Virus record (IMG/VR): IMGVR_UViG_3300044638_004051
Location: 1 to 60,549 of that record
Source: a virus
Lineage: Duplodnaviria > Caudoviricetes
DNA length: 60,549 nt
Direction: 5' to 3' (one strand)
Position numbers and translations under genes: made by a program. Below the pieces are notes generated by a model. The model did no database searches and was not told where the DNA came from. It saw only the letters and a program-made list of their open reading frames with translations. The stretch's first letter is position 1, and each line of letters begins with the position of its first letter. Positions 17,192-25,984 of the stretch are shown here, in pieces.

Positions 17192-18200
17192 GCTTGTCGC
17201 AGCGGGCATCCTGATAGCCCTTGCTTTCGCCGCCTATCAGGCAGGGCGACAGCAGCCCCAACGCTACGGCTACATGCCGGACCCAGCCGGGGCCAAGCGG
17301 TTCTCTCAGACGCTGCCGCACCCATCGTTCGCTGCTGCCGCCCCCGAGGCCATGGCCAAGGCCAAGCCGCAGGACGTGTACCTGTGGCGGGCCATGCAGG
17401 CAGCACACAAGGCACGGTATGGCACGCCGTGGCAGTGCAGCAACCAGCGTGACGTGGGTTCGTGCGTTGCCCACGGTGCAGCCCATGCAGTCTTCTGCTC
17501 CGAGGCTGTGGCGTGGTCGCAGGGGGAGCGTGACGAACCACCCCTCCTGACGCATCAGGGCGCGGTATACGGGGGTTCACGGGTCGAGGCGAGGGGGAAG
17601 CCGGGCGACGGGGCCAGCCCGTACGGGGGCTATTCAGACGGCTCCACGGGGTATCACGCCGCGAAGTGGTTGAGAGAGTGGGGTGTGATCCACAAGAAGC
17701 CATACCCCAGCCGGGACTGCACGGAGAGCAACCCGGATATCGAGCGTGAGATGGGGGCGTACGGGTGCGGCGGCAAGGATGACCGTGGCAGGCTCGATGC
17801 CGAGGCCAAGAAGACTCCATGCCTGCATGTGGCACAGGTCTCCACATGGGATGAGCTAGTGGCGGCGATCACCTCCGGCCACCCCGTGACAGTGGCTTCG
17901 TCGCAGGGGTTCTCCAAGCGACTGGATCACCAATCGTTCGACACACCCAGCACGATGTGGATGCACCAGATGTGCATCATAGGTCTGCGCGTAGATCGAG
18001 AGGGCGCGGCCATCGTGAATTCATGGGGGAACTACCTGACCTACACGGCTCCCCGCTACCCGGCAGACCTGCCTGATGGGGTCTTCTGGGTGGACCGCCG
18101 TGTGATCGAGCGGATGCTGGCGGCTGGCGATAGCTGGGCAATCAGCGAAGTGCAGTTTGCTTATCGAGATATCAACCACAACAACTGGCTGGGCGAATGA
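17175..18200 (+). CDS. Papain-like (C1/clan CA) cysteine peptidase with N-terminal signal/anchor
   Basis: NQRDVGSCVAH (Q/C), HQMCIIG (H), IVNSWG (N). Confidence 0.85.
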   Translation: MRYLARLVAAGILIALAFAAYQAGRQQPQRYGYMPDPAGAKRFSQTLPHPSFAAAAPEAMAKAKPQDVYLWRAMQAAHKARYGTPWQCSNQRDVGSCVAHGAAHAVFCSEAVAWSQGERDEPPLLTHQGAVYGGSRVEARGKPGDGASPYGGYSDGSTGYHAAKWLREWGVIHKKPYPSRDCTESNPDIEREMGAYGCGGKDDRGRLDAEAKKTPCLHVAQVSTWDELVAAITSGHPVTVASSQGFSKRLDHQSFDTPSTMWMHQMCIIGLRVDREGAAIVNSWGNYLTYTAPRYPADLPDGVFWVDRRVIERMLAAGDSWAISEVQFAYRDINHNNWLGE

Positions 18201-18430
18201 TGAACATGAGAATGCTGATCCTCGTTGCGATTGTTGCGTTCGCTGTTGGCCGCTCGATGAGCGAGCCAGAGCCACGCCCCTCCCCCATACACGACCGCCC
18301 GGTGCTGCGGATACTGGTGCGTGTAGCCAAGCTGGGGCTGTGGGCGTTGGCGTTTGCCGAGCCAGCCCCGCATGAGCATCAGCATGTCCAGCATTCGCCC
18401 GATGCAGTCGATCACTTCCGGAGTCTGTGA
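18197..18430 (+). CDS. Small membrane protein
   Basis: Two hydrophobic segments; ATGA coupling. Confidence 0.6.
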   Translation: MMNMRMLILVAIVAFAVGRSMSEPEPRPSPIHDRPVLRILVRVAKLGLWALAFAEPAPHEHQHVQHSPDAVDHFRSL

Positions 18431-18594
18431 TGCACTGGCTTATCTCGGTACTCACTTGGTTATCTGCCGACCCGGTTGCGCTCGACACTAGCGTGCCACG
18501 GGCAGCGGCTGCATCGCAGGTGGCGTACGCCACGTTTGCGAAGGATGGGGGGAAGGCTTGTCCGACAGGTAACTGCCCGCCCACTCGCAGGTAA
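18430..18594 (+). CDS. Small exported protein ending CPTGNCP (not in ORF track)
   Basis: TGATG coupling; 54 aa MHWLISVLTWLSADP...CPTGNCPPTRR. Confidence 0.6.
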   Translation: MHWLISVLTWLSADPVALDTSVPRAAAASQVAYATFAKDGGKACPTGNCPPTRR

Positions 18595-18597
18595 TGG

Positions 18598-19113
18598 ATG
18601 ACACGCCGCCTTACGCCCAAGCAACAGGCAGTCGCAGAGGCTGCGCTGCGATACGTTGCCCCGTCTATCGCCGTGTTCGTGCGCAGAAACCCAGACCTGC
18701 GTGCCACGATCAAGCGCGTCGATATGGACAGCGTTGCACAGATGGCGGTGTGCATGGCAGCGTTCACCTACAATCCGGCAAAGAGCCAGCCCACCACGTA
18801 CTTCGGGAGTGCGATCAGACACGCACTCTATCGGGCTGTGTTGAACCAGCAGAAGCTGGATGGGAGATACGTTCCGGTCGAGAAGATACTGGAACCACAG
18901 CCGCACATCGCCCGCACCCGGCAAGAGATGCGGGCGATGCGTGCGCTGCGGTCCCTGTCGGCGTATGACCGGACGCTATTGGAAGACAGGCTGATCGAGC
19001 AGGTCACGCTGGAGCAGCTGTCGGTGGAGCAGCACTGCGATCCTCGCACGATTAGCAAGCGAGTGAAGCAGGCGGTCGCAAAGCTACGCTCGATTGAGGG
19101 CGATCTGCCCTGA
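18598..19113 (+). CDS. Sigma-70-family RNA polymerase sigma factor
   Basis: Region 2-like DSVAQMAVCMAAFTYNPAK..PTTYFGSAIR; region 4 HTH LSAYDR...TLEQLS...RTISKRVKQAVAKLR. Confidence 0.75.
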   Translation: MTRRLTPKQQAVAEAALRYVAPSIAVFVRRNPDLRATIKRVDMDSVAQMAVCMAAFTYNPAKSQPTTYFGSAIRHALYRAVLNQQKLDGRYVPVEKILEPQPHIARTRQEMRAMRALRSLSAYDRTLLEDRLIEQVTLEQLSVEQHCDPRTISKRVKQAVAKLRSIEGDLP

Positions 19114-19878
19114 TGACCACAGCCGCTGGAAGTCCTTGCGGTTGGTGATCATGGGGTAGCCTGCCTGCCTCGCCCGCAATGCCCATCGCACGGTATCGGG
19201 TCCGGTGAATCGCCGGATTGTCTTGCCGGTGAACCGGCCCCGGTCCTCTTCGTGCATGAACCACAAGGCAATGTCATCGAGGGACTGGCCTTCGTCATGC
19301 TGGGTCTGCATGAAGTCGATGACGCCACGCTCGTACTCGTTCACACGGTACGCCTTCTGCTGGCGGGTGCCGACCTGCTTCCACCCCACTGGCGACGAGC
19401 GAGAGAACGGAAGCCCGCTCTCCCGCTTGACCTGATTGTCACGCTTCATCTTGCGTGAGACCATGCGTCTGTACATGTGGGCATAGAGAACCATGTTGCT
19501 CTCCAGCATGTCGTACAGTTCCGCATCACCGTCCAGCCCAGACAGATCGGGCAGGTCGAGGATCACACGCTTCACCCCCTTGCGATCCAGCTGGTCGAGC
19601 GTTACGAACCCGTCTGTCTTGTTGCGGAACAGACGGGACATGTCCGCCACGACAAGGTAGTCGCCCGGCTGAAGGGCGAAGTACACCTGCCGCCCGTCAG
19701 GTCGCTCCGAAAAGATCGAGCCGCCCGACTCTGCCGGATCATAGAAGAACCCGGCCCACTCCACCCCCTTCTTAGCAAGGTGGGTATCGTAATAGTCACG
19801 GCAGGTCTTCTCCTGTACCTCCCGTGTCATCCCCTGTTTGGCGGTCGAATGCCGACCGTAGGCGTAGCACTTAGGCAT
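19084..19878 (-). CDS. Serine recombinase (resolvase/invertase-type catalytic domain plus C-terminal extension)
   Basis: YGRHSTAKQ (catalytic Ser), ESGG...ERP, GDYLVVADMSRLFRN. Confidence 0.85.
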   Translation of the reverse strand: MPKCYAYGRHSTAKQGMTREVQEKTCRDYYDTHLAKKGVEWAGFFYDPAESGGSIFSERPDGRQVYFALQPGDYLVVADMSRLFRNKTDGFVTLDQLDRKGVKRVILDLPDLSGLDGDAELYDMLESNMVLYAHMYRRMVSRKMKRDNQVKRESGLPFSRSSPVGWKQVGTRQQKAYRVNEYERGVIDFMQTQHDEGQSLDDIALWFMHEEDRGRFTGKTIRRFTGPDTVRWALRARQAGYPMITNRKDFQRLWSSGQIALNRA

Positions 19879-20188
19879 TGGGGTCTTCTCCTTTCCGTGT
19901 CTTGCGAACACGATCCGCGATGGCTTCGTTGAACACAGTGTCCCAATACTTCTTATGCCACGCATCGAAAGCGGCGATCATCTGCGTGCGATTGCTGGGG
20001 TCAAGCTCCTCCCACATGTAGTCGAAACAGAACCGCTGCATCTTGTTGCGGAATACCCAGTAACAGTTGCCGCTCTGCGCAATGTAGAGCCACCCCTTTC
20101 CCTTGCCGGGCAACCGCCAGCGGTAGATCAACTCCTCAATCTCCCCATTGGGCAGTCGGTACACGATGCGTTCGTTCACCTTTCCCAT
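19871..20188 (-). CDS. Hypothetical protein
   Basis: Coupled ORF in the minus-strand operon. Confidence 0.6.
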   Translation of the reverse strand: MGKVNERIVYRLPNGEIEELIYRWRLPGKGKGWLYIAQSGNCYWVFRNKMQRFCFDYMWEELDPSNRTQMIAAFDAWHKKYWDTVFNEAIADRVRKTRKGEDPNA

Positions 20189-20718
20189 CAGGCCACCGCT
20201 CCTTTCTTCGCGTAGTATGCTTGCTTCTTCCGATACGCAGCCAGCTTGGTCTTCGCCAATGCGAGCTTGCGTTCCCACTCACGCACCTTCTCGTCCGCTT
20301 CTTCCGCCCGACGCTCGATCAGCGTCAGCGGTTTCTTGCGTTCATACCTTCGCTTGGGCGGGGGCATCTGGGCAAGTAGGTCATACTCCGCAGCATGCTG
20401 GCGGAGATCGTTGACCCAGTCTTTCTCAAACTTCCGCCGATGCTCGTCACTGGTGTAGCAATACTGCACTGCCATCAGCAGCAGCGAGGACACGTCCTTG
20501 TCGGCAAGCGACTTGTACGAATCCACCTTCCCGCTTGTGGCCAGCGTGGCGAACAAGCGGTCGAGTATCGGCCGTGTCATTAAGGAGCCGCCCCAGTACG
20601 CGGGGTCCATCCCGCGCTTGCGACAGCGATCAACGTGCCGTGCATATGCACGGTCGAGGGACTGCTTGAGTATCCGCAGAATGTTCTGTTGAACTTGAGT
20701 CAGTGGTGGCTTTGTCAT
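20188..20718 (-). CDS. Hypothetical protein with basic coiled-coil tail
   Basis: GGAG RBS; coupled to the next gene. Confidence 0.6.
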   Translation of the reverse strand: MTKPPLTQVQQNILRILKQSLDRAYARHVDRCRKRGMDPAYWGGSLMTRPILDRLFATLATSGKVDSYKSLADKDVSSLLLMAVQYCYTSDEHRRKFEKDWVNDLRQHAAEYDLLAQMPPPKRRYERKKPLTLIERRAEEADEKVREWERKLALAKTKLAAYRKKQAYYAKKGAVA

Positions 20719-20720
20719 GG

Positions 20721-20795
20721 TCAGTTCTCCGAACGACATGAAATGAGGGACATGAACACCAGAGCAGCGATGAATGTGACAAGGTCAACCGGCAT
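20721..20795 (-). CDS. 24-aa hydrophobic peptide (not in ORF track)
   Basis: AAGGAGG RBS; MPVDLVTFIAALVFMSLISCRSEN exactly fills the gap. Confidence 0.45.
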   Translation of the reverse strand: MPVDLVTFIAALVFMSLISCRSEN

Positions 20796-22035
20796 AGGTG
20801 GGCACCTCCTTCGTGAGGTCGATCACCTTCGCCCACGCTGGCGGAGTCGAGTAGCTGGACCGTCGCACCAAAGCGATGATCAGCCTCGCCCGTGTGCGGT
20901 GGGCAGGCCAGTCGGTTTCCCCGTCAGTGACCAGCACAATCGCATCGGGACGCTGCTCGCGATCCTCGTCCTCGATTGCCTTGGCCATGTCGGTTCCGCC
21001 GTAGCCCTTGAACTCCCACTGCGACAGCGATGTGATCCGCTTCGCATCTTGCAACCGGCTGTCGAATGCCACGACACGGGGGCGATGCACCTTGCGTAGA
21101 CCGTGGGCAATCACAGTCAACGCACGGCTCTCGGTCCCAGACATGGAGCCAGACGTGTCGATGATGATCGAACACTCCGGAGCCAGCCGCACCACGCCAC
21201 GCTTGCGTGGGGTATCGGCCTGCTGCCTGCGGTTCAAGCGACGGTAGGTGTATTCCTCCGTGCCGATAGGCGAGGCAACCGACTTGGATACCACCGTCCG
21301 CAACTGATCGAACGGATCAGGCTGCGGATGCAGCCGGGCCTTGAGCGACTTGACCACCTCCCCCGGGACTGACCCGGGAGAGGATGACTCCAGCTGCTCG
21401 ATCTTCTTCTCTGCCTCACGCAGGCAGTGATCCACCATCGCATGCTCGACCGCAGACACGGGCTTCTCATACGGGCGTGGCACACCGTCGCTGTTGCTGC
21501 CCGCCTTGGCTGGATCGAGCGGGTTGCCGCCGTCTTCCTGCGGTTGTTCCGGTGTGTGCTGGAACAACAACCCGTAATACTGCTCGACCGTCATGCCCCG
21601 CACCAGTCCGGGGATGGAGAGGTAAGCGGTCTTCGTATCAGGGATGCAGCCGTCGATACGCACGATGCCGGACGGTTCGTCCAGACCGTGGTGCCTATCG
21701 AGCAACTGCTGGACAACCAGATCGGCGGCGAGATTCCACACATACCGCTCTCGCTCTGTCGCCTGTGGCACCGCCGCCTTGAAGCGGCGGCAGTGCGACA
21801 GGACAACGTGCATAACCTCATGCAGTAGGCAGTACGCCACCTCCATCGGAGTGAGCGAAGACATGAACTGCTCGTTGCAATACAGACGGTTGGCCTGATC
21901 CACTGCCATAGTTGGTATGGCTGTGGTCTCCACCGTCCGCATCATCGAGAAGACGTGGGTGAGGTAAGGCACCCACGTCCGAAGCCGCAGCTTCGCCTTG
22001 GTCAGCAGTCGCTGAACTGTGGTGAGAGTCTTCAA
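20785..22035 (-). CDS. Metallopeptidase + VWA domain protein (DUF2201-like)
   Basis: HEVMH zinc motif, WNLAADL; MIDAS DTSGSM, GGT, TDG. Confidence 0.85.
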   Translation of the reverse strand: MKTLTTVQRLLTKAKLRLRTWVPYLTHVFSMMRTVETTAIPTMAVDQANRLYCNEQFMSSLTPMEVAYCLLHEVMHVVLSHCRRFKAAVPQATERERYVWNLAADLVVQQLLDRHHGLDEPSGIVRIDGCIPDTKTAYLSIPGLVRGMTVEQYYGLLFQHTPEQPQEDGGNPLDPAKAGSNSDGVPRPYEKPVSAVEHAMVDHCLREAEKKIEQLESSSPGSVPGEVVKSLKARLHPQPDPFDQLRTVVSKSVASPIGTEEYTYRRLNRRQQADTPRKRGVVRLAPECSIIIDTSGSMSGTESRALTVIAHGLRKVHRPRVVAFDSRLQDAKRITSLSQWEFKGYGGTDMAKAIEDEDREQRPDAIVLVTDGETDWPAHRTRARLIIALVRRSSYSTPPAWAKVIDLTKEVPTYAG

Positions 22036-23123
22036 GCGGCACCTCCGATCTGGGAAACGAGCTTGCCGTACCGGGACAGCAGGTTCTTGGGAACACGGTA
22101 ATCCTTGTAGGTGTTGGTGATCTCGTTGAGAACCGGGCCGACGCAGTCGAGCATCCCGTTCTCACCCATCTCGATCAGCACCTTGACCGCCCCGTCCATA
22201 CGCTTCGACGCATGGTCATCGGACAGCGTTTCCAGAATCCCGCACGGCAGGAAGACCAGCTGATCGACACGGTCACCCGTGTAATCGATGGTCGCCTTGC
22301 CATCCACCACTTCGGCCGGATCGTACAGGTCTTTCGCAGCGATGCTCTGCATCAACTGCCCGGCACCCGCACTACCGACCATGCCAGTCGCGATCTGATT
22401 GATCACGTCGCCGTCTGCCTTGACCTTGTCCGCACCGGCGAGGCACCGGGCAAGGTTCGTCCACTGACGCAGCGAGGGAAACGCCCGCTCGTCATCGGGG
22501 ATACGCTTGCATCCACGCAGGGCAGGCTGACGCTGGAGCAAGTAGCCGACACGCCGCGTCCACTTCGGAACGTACGACGAGTAGTCGCCCACAATCGGGA
22601 AGTTGGTGGGCAACTTGAACTGCCCGCCGTTAAGCATGCCCTCGATCCACGAATCGAATGGGATTTCCCAGTCGTGGTGGTACAGGCGGTTCAACATCGA
22701 CGGCTCCAGCGGGCTGGAGTTGGGCGCGAGTTCCGGCGGATTCGCAGCGGCCACCCGGATAGTGGACGGGTGGAGAACCAGATCACCCACCCTGCCCTCG
22801 TTCAGCAGGGACAGGAGAGCAGGTCGCATTGACTGCGGGGCAGTGGTCAACTCATCAAAGATGATGCCCCACCCCGGCTGGGTCATGCGAACCAGCCACT
22901 CCAGATGCACCATGCGTGCGATGCCAGACTTCTTGTCGATGTCCGGCATGCCGCCCACGTCTTCCGGCATGTGCTGCGAAGGGATGAAGACGAACGGCTT
23001 GAGTCCCATCGCACGGATGAGAGCCTCAAGAAACGCCGTCTTGCACTCGCCCGTCCCGCCCCAAGCAATGCCCGGGACACCGCACTGAATCGCAATAAAC
23101 AAAGCCGCATTCAAGCAATCCAT
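22032..23123 (-). CDS. MoxR-like AAA+ ATPase
   Basis: Walker A variant GGTGECKT, Walker B IIFDE, AANPP, LNR; adjacent to VWA gene. Confidence 0.85.
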   Translation of the reverse strand: MDCLNAALFIAIQCGVPGIAWGGTGECKTAFLEALIRAMGLKPFVFIPSQHMPEDVGGMPDIDKKSGIARMVHLEWLVRMTQPGWGIIFDELTTAPQSMRPALLSLLNEGRVGDLVLHPSTIRVAAANPPELAPNSSPLEPSMLNRLYHHDWEIPFDSWIEGMLNGGQFKLPTNFPIVGDYSSYVPKWTRRVGYLLQRQPALRGCKRIPDDERAFPSLRQWTNLARCLAGADKVKADGDVINQIATGMVGSAGAGQLMQSIAAKDLYDPAEVVDGKATIDYTGDRVDQLVFLPCGILETLSDDHASKRMDGAVKVLIEMGENGMLDCVGPVLNEITNTYKDYRVPKNLLSRYGKLVSQIGGAA

Positions 23124-23182
23124 GATTGCAAACCTTTCAAGAAAAAATGAAACCCACCTAGCCACGGTGGGCAATCGAACAA

Positions 23183-24079
23183 TCAACCAGCGAAAGCCTT
23201 GAGTGCTTCCGCCCCGATCTTTTCGCGAGCAACCTGCGCTGCCTTCGCAACACGGGTGAACGCCTTGCCAAGCAGGGACTTGTTCGCCTGCATGGTTTCT
23301 TCAGCAGCGATCCACTGTTCCAGCCGCGTCTGCTGCCCGTTGCTGCGTGGCTTGGCACCACGTTGACGCATGTCTTCCGCGTCCTCGATCATGCCGTTGA
23401 ACACGGCCATGCTGCGCCGCTCCAACTCGCCACACACATGGGTGATCAACTCGCGGTTGACCACGGGCTGGAACCGCACGGTCTGCATGACCACGCCATG
23501 CCCAGACAGGGCAGAAGCCACGGTCTCGTACGCCGTGACAGAATCGGTGGGCATGTACCACACCACGCCTTCGTCACGCAGGAGAAACCCGTGCGATGCC
23601 TTGACCAGACCAGAGATAGCGTTGGTCAAGTCGTTGGCCGACACGAACTCGCACTGTTCACGCCAGCAGGCATCAGCCAGCTGGTTGATGGAGTTGCGGT
23701 GCTTCGCAATGGTGGGGCAGGACTTGCTCTCGATGTCGAGAATCTCGACGGCATAGCTGCCATCGTTCTGGCGCAGCACACCGAGCGAGAACAGGAACGG
23801 CAGGTCATTGCGTGTCTCGCCCACGATGAACCGCCTGACCTCGCACCCCACGGCATCCGACCGCCCGGCCAGACCCATGTACTTCACCTTGCCCCAGTCC
23901 GCCTCGCCGTGCGATGCGACGATCTCGCCAGCCGCACGATGCAGGGCACCGTAGTGATCGACCTTGGGCAGGAGATGCGTCATCCCCACCGTGTCGAACG
24001 CCTTCTCCGCCACGCCACGGGGAACACGCTTGCTCCCCCAGAACACGATCAAATGGTCACTCGTCAACTGCTTCGTCAT
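23183..24079 (-). CDS. Conserved partner of the AAA/VWA pair (DUF6744/DUF3150-like)
   Basis: LRDEGVVWYMP resembles the GGVYFVP motif; AAGGAG RBS; first gene of the triad. Confidence 0.5.
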   Translation of the reverse strand: MTKQLTSDHLIVFWGSKRVPRGVAEKAFDTVGMTHLLPKVDHYGALHRAAGEIVASHGEADWGKVKYMGLAGRSDAVGCEVRRFIVGETRNDLPFLFSLGVLRQNDGSYAVEILDIESKSCPTIAKHRNSINQLADACWREQCEFVSANDLTNAISGLVKASHGFLLRDEGVVWYMPTDSVTAYETVASALSGHGVVMQTVRFQPVVNRELITHVCGELERRSMAVFNGMIEDAEDMRQRGAKPRSNGQQTRLEQWIAAEETMQANKSLLGKAFTRVAKAAQVAREKIGAEALKAFAG

Positions 24080-24151
24080 GACAGCAAACTCCTTGTTGTG
24101 ATGGGCACCCGTTCAACATGCCCCCGTTGTCAAGAGCAGCACCGCGCCGCT

Positions 24152-24176
24152 CCCCCTTACCCTTCCACCCCCTGCC
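24152..24176 (-). repeat. G-rich motif copy (GGCAGGGGGTGGAAGGGTAAGGGGG)
   Basis: Near-identical to copies at 25707(-), 25918, 26871, 27948. Confidence 0.85.
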
Positions 24177-24233
24177 AAAAAACACCCCGGCCCCCGGGAA
24201 ACCAGCGGAAAACCACTGGGCCGGGGGCCGGGG
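24177..24233 (-). terminator. Rho-independent terminator
   Basis: CCCCGGCCCCCGG/CCGGGGGCCGGGG stem followed by TGTTTTTT on the minus strand. Confidence 0.7.
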
Positions 24234-24256
24234 TAGACACTGTCCTGACACTCTGA

Positions 24257-24538
24257 TCAGCGTCGGCTTTTCTTCGCCTTGCGATAGGCGTCACCGTCGT
24301 AGGTCAGCGTCATCTGACCGTCCTTGAATTCGCACTCGATGTGGCACTGGTGCAACAGTGCGTTGACCGCCCCAGTCAACACGTAATCCTCGTCCGTGTC
24401 GTACCCATTACGCACGGCATGGGTTGCCGCCGTAACGAGGGACAGAACTGCAATGGTTGGCAGTTCGGGATGGTGCATGTCCATCATGCAGTTGCACTTA
24501 GGCATACGCCGCTTGGTCTTCTTGGTCTTCGTCGCCAT
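24257..24538 (-). CDS. Hypothetical protein
   Basis: AAAGGA RBS; basic termini. Confidence 0.6.
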   Translation of the reverse strand: MATKTKKTKRRMPKCNCMMDMHHPELPTIAVLSLVTAATHAVRNGYDTDEDYVLTGAVNALLHQCHIECEFKDGQMTLTYDGDAYRKAKKSRR

Positions 24539-24551
24539 CACACAAATCCTT

Positions 24552-24743
24552 TCAGTGAGGAATAACTACCGTCTGCTCGATCTGCTCCAGCCGTGCAGCC
24601 AAACGCATGGCCGCGTCATACCGGACGGAGTGATCGTCTGGGCCACCCCAGATCAAGTCACTGTCATTGCACAACTCATCCATTGCTTCCTTCAGCAAGA
24701 AGAACTCCTGCGAAGACAGCATCAACGTGATCAGCCTGTCCAC
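24552..24743 (-). CDS. Hypothetical protein
   Basis: GGAGG RBS; coupled ORF. Confidence 0.55.
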   Translation of the reverse strand: MDRLITLMLSSQEFFLLKEAMDELCNDSDLIWGGPDDHSVRYDAAMRLAARLEQIEQTVVIPH

Positions 24744-25018
24744 TAGTTGTGACCCTCCAGTTGTTCACGCAACTCATCCGCCGTAAGCCCCTCCTCCGTG
24801 AAGCAATCCGCGTTGCCACGCTCATCACTGGAATACCCATTCCAGTAGGCGTAACTCACCTGCTCATTCCCGACACGCCCACCGCGCACCACGATCACAT
24901 CGTCCTCATGCCGATGCGTCTCGCTAACCGCAAGGGCGAGGTCATCCACATCCATGCCATGAATGCGGTCAATCAACACCTGACGCGCCTCTTCGTCACA
25001 CATTTCACGAACGTCCAT
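24743..25018 (-). CDS. Small acidic hypothetical protein
   Basis: AAAGGA RBS; D/E-rich. Confidence 0.6.
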   Translation of the reverse strand: MDVREMCDEEARQVLIDRIHGMDVDDLALAVSETHRHEDDVIVVRGGRVGNEQVSYAYWNGYSSDERGNADCFTEEGLTADELREQLEGHN

Positions 25019-25095
25019 CACTCACATCCTTTCCGTAAGAGTTCAAGAACAATACGAACCACAAGAAACAGAAGCTCCATCTCGCGATCATTCAT
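25018..25095 (-). CDS. 25-aa peptide (not in ORF track)
   Basis: AAGGAGG RBS; MNDREMELLFLVVRIVLELLRKGCE; TGATG coupling. Confidence 0.5.
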   Translation of the reverse strand: MNDREMELLFLVVRIVLELLRKGCE

Positions 25096-25190
25096 CACGC
25101 ACCTCCTTGTTGTGATGGGTATGTCAATAGCAACGGGGGTAGCCAGCACCGTGCCGACTACCCCCGTTGCACACAGGAAATCAAAAAGAA

Positions 25191-25652
25191 CTACTTGCTC
25201 GACTTGACCTCGACCTTGCTGGCAGCACCGAGTTGGCGGAGCAGTGCCTTGGCAAGGGCTTCGTAATCTACGGTCACATCGTCAACGTCGATCTCCAACT
25301 CACGGGCAACGTCAGACAGATCGAAGTGCCCCGCCACTTCAGACGCTTCCATGTGGCTCGCCACTTCGTAGTAGTCAATCTCGACATGCTGTGCGATGTC
25401 CTCGCTGTCGAGATGCTCGGCAATGTCCGATGCACTGACGCTAGTGTGCTTCGCCACATGGGTGTACAGATCGTCGGTGTCGATGTTGTCAAAGATCGCT
25501 CCGTAATCGAGATGCTCGGCCAGCTTCTTGACGTTGACGCGATCAGCGATTGCCTGCGCCATCCACTCCTTCGCCGTGTCACTCTTGAGAATGGCAGCGG
25601 CAATGGCGTTGATGATCGGGGTAGCAATGCGGGCAATGAACTTGGCAAACAT
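25191..25652 (-). CDS. Acidic tandem-repeat protein
   Basis: AGGAG RBS; ~9-11-aa repeats of the form D-x-x-(D/E)-(I/V)-A-x-H-(L/V/M/F). Confidence 0.7.
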   Translation of the reverse strand: MFAKFIARIATPIINAIAAAILKSDTAKEWMAQAIADRVNVKKLAEHLDYGAIFDNIDTDDLYTHVAKHTSVSASDIAEHLDSEDIAQHVEIDYYEVASHMEASEVAGHFDLSDVARELEIDVDDVTVDYEALAKALLRQLGAASKVEVKSSK

Positions 25653-25706
25653 GTGAACTCTCCTGTGTGTGAGCTTGGCCCCAGCTGTCTGACCGGCGGC
25701 GGCTCA

Positions 25707-25729
25707 CCCCTTCCCTTCCACCCCCTGCC
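25707..25729 (-). repeat. G-rich motif copy
   Basis: GGCAGGGGGTGGAAGGGAAGGGG, ~55 nt upstream of ATG 25652. Confidence 0.85.
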
Positions 25730-25809
25730 CAGCCCGGCCGCTGGCCGCTGGGGTAAGGCAGCGCGGGCGCGTCGTTAACGCATTCATTCACGTCATGCGG
25801 CCCGCACTA

Positions 25810-25984
25810 CAGCCCTGACGCTACGCCCTGCGTGAGTTCGGGCTAACGCTTCAACCGCGCTGACCTGACTGTCGTAGTCATTCGTTCATTGCACGGAATG
25901 AGAAGCCGCCGCTGCCCGGGGGGTGGAAGGGGTGGGGTAGCCAGCCGCTTGTGCTGGTGGGCATCTCAACAAGGAGACAGTGCA
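25810..25984 (+). repeat. Intergenic module copy 1 (box A, hairpins, G-box, RBS)
   Basis: CAGCCCTGACGCTACG at 25810; GGGGGGTGGAAGGGGTGGGG at 25918; CAACAAGGAG. Confidence 0.8.

Noticed and set aside
19084-25750. Invertible segment bounded by inverted repeats
   Set aside because: No matching inverted repeats found by eye at the two boundaries; needs a computational repeat search
25889-25984. Upstream extensions of ORFs 25889, 26826 and 27214 in the track
   Set aside because: They run through the repeated non-coding module or the previous gene; strong RBSs support starts at 25985, 26946 and 27328
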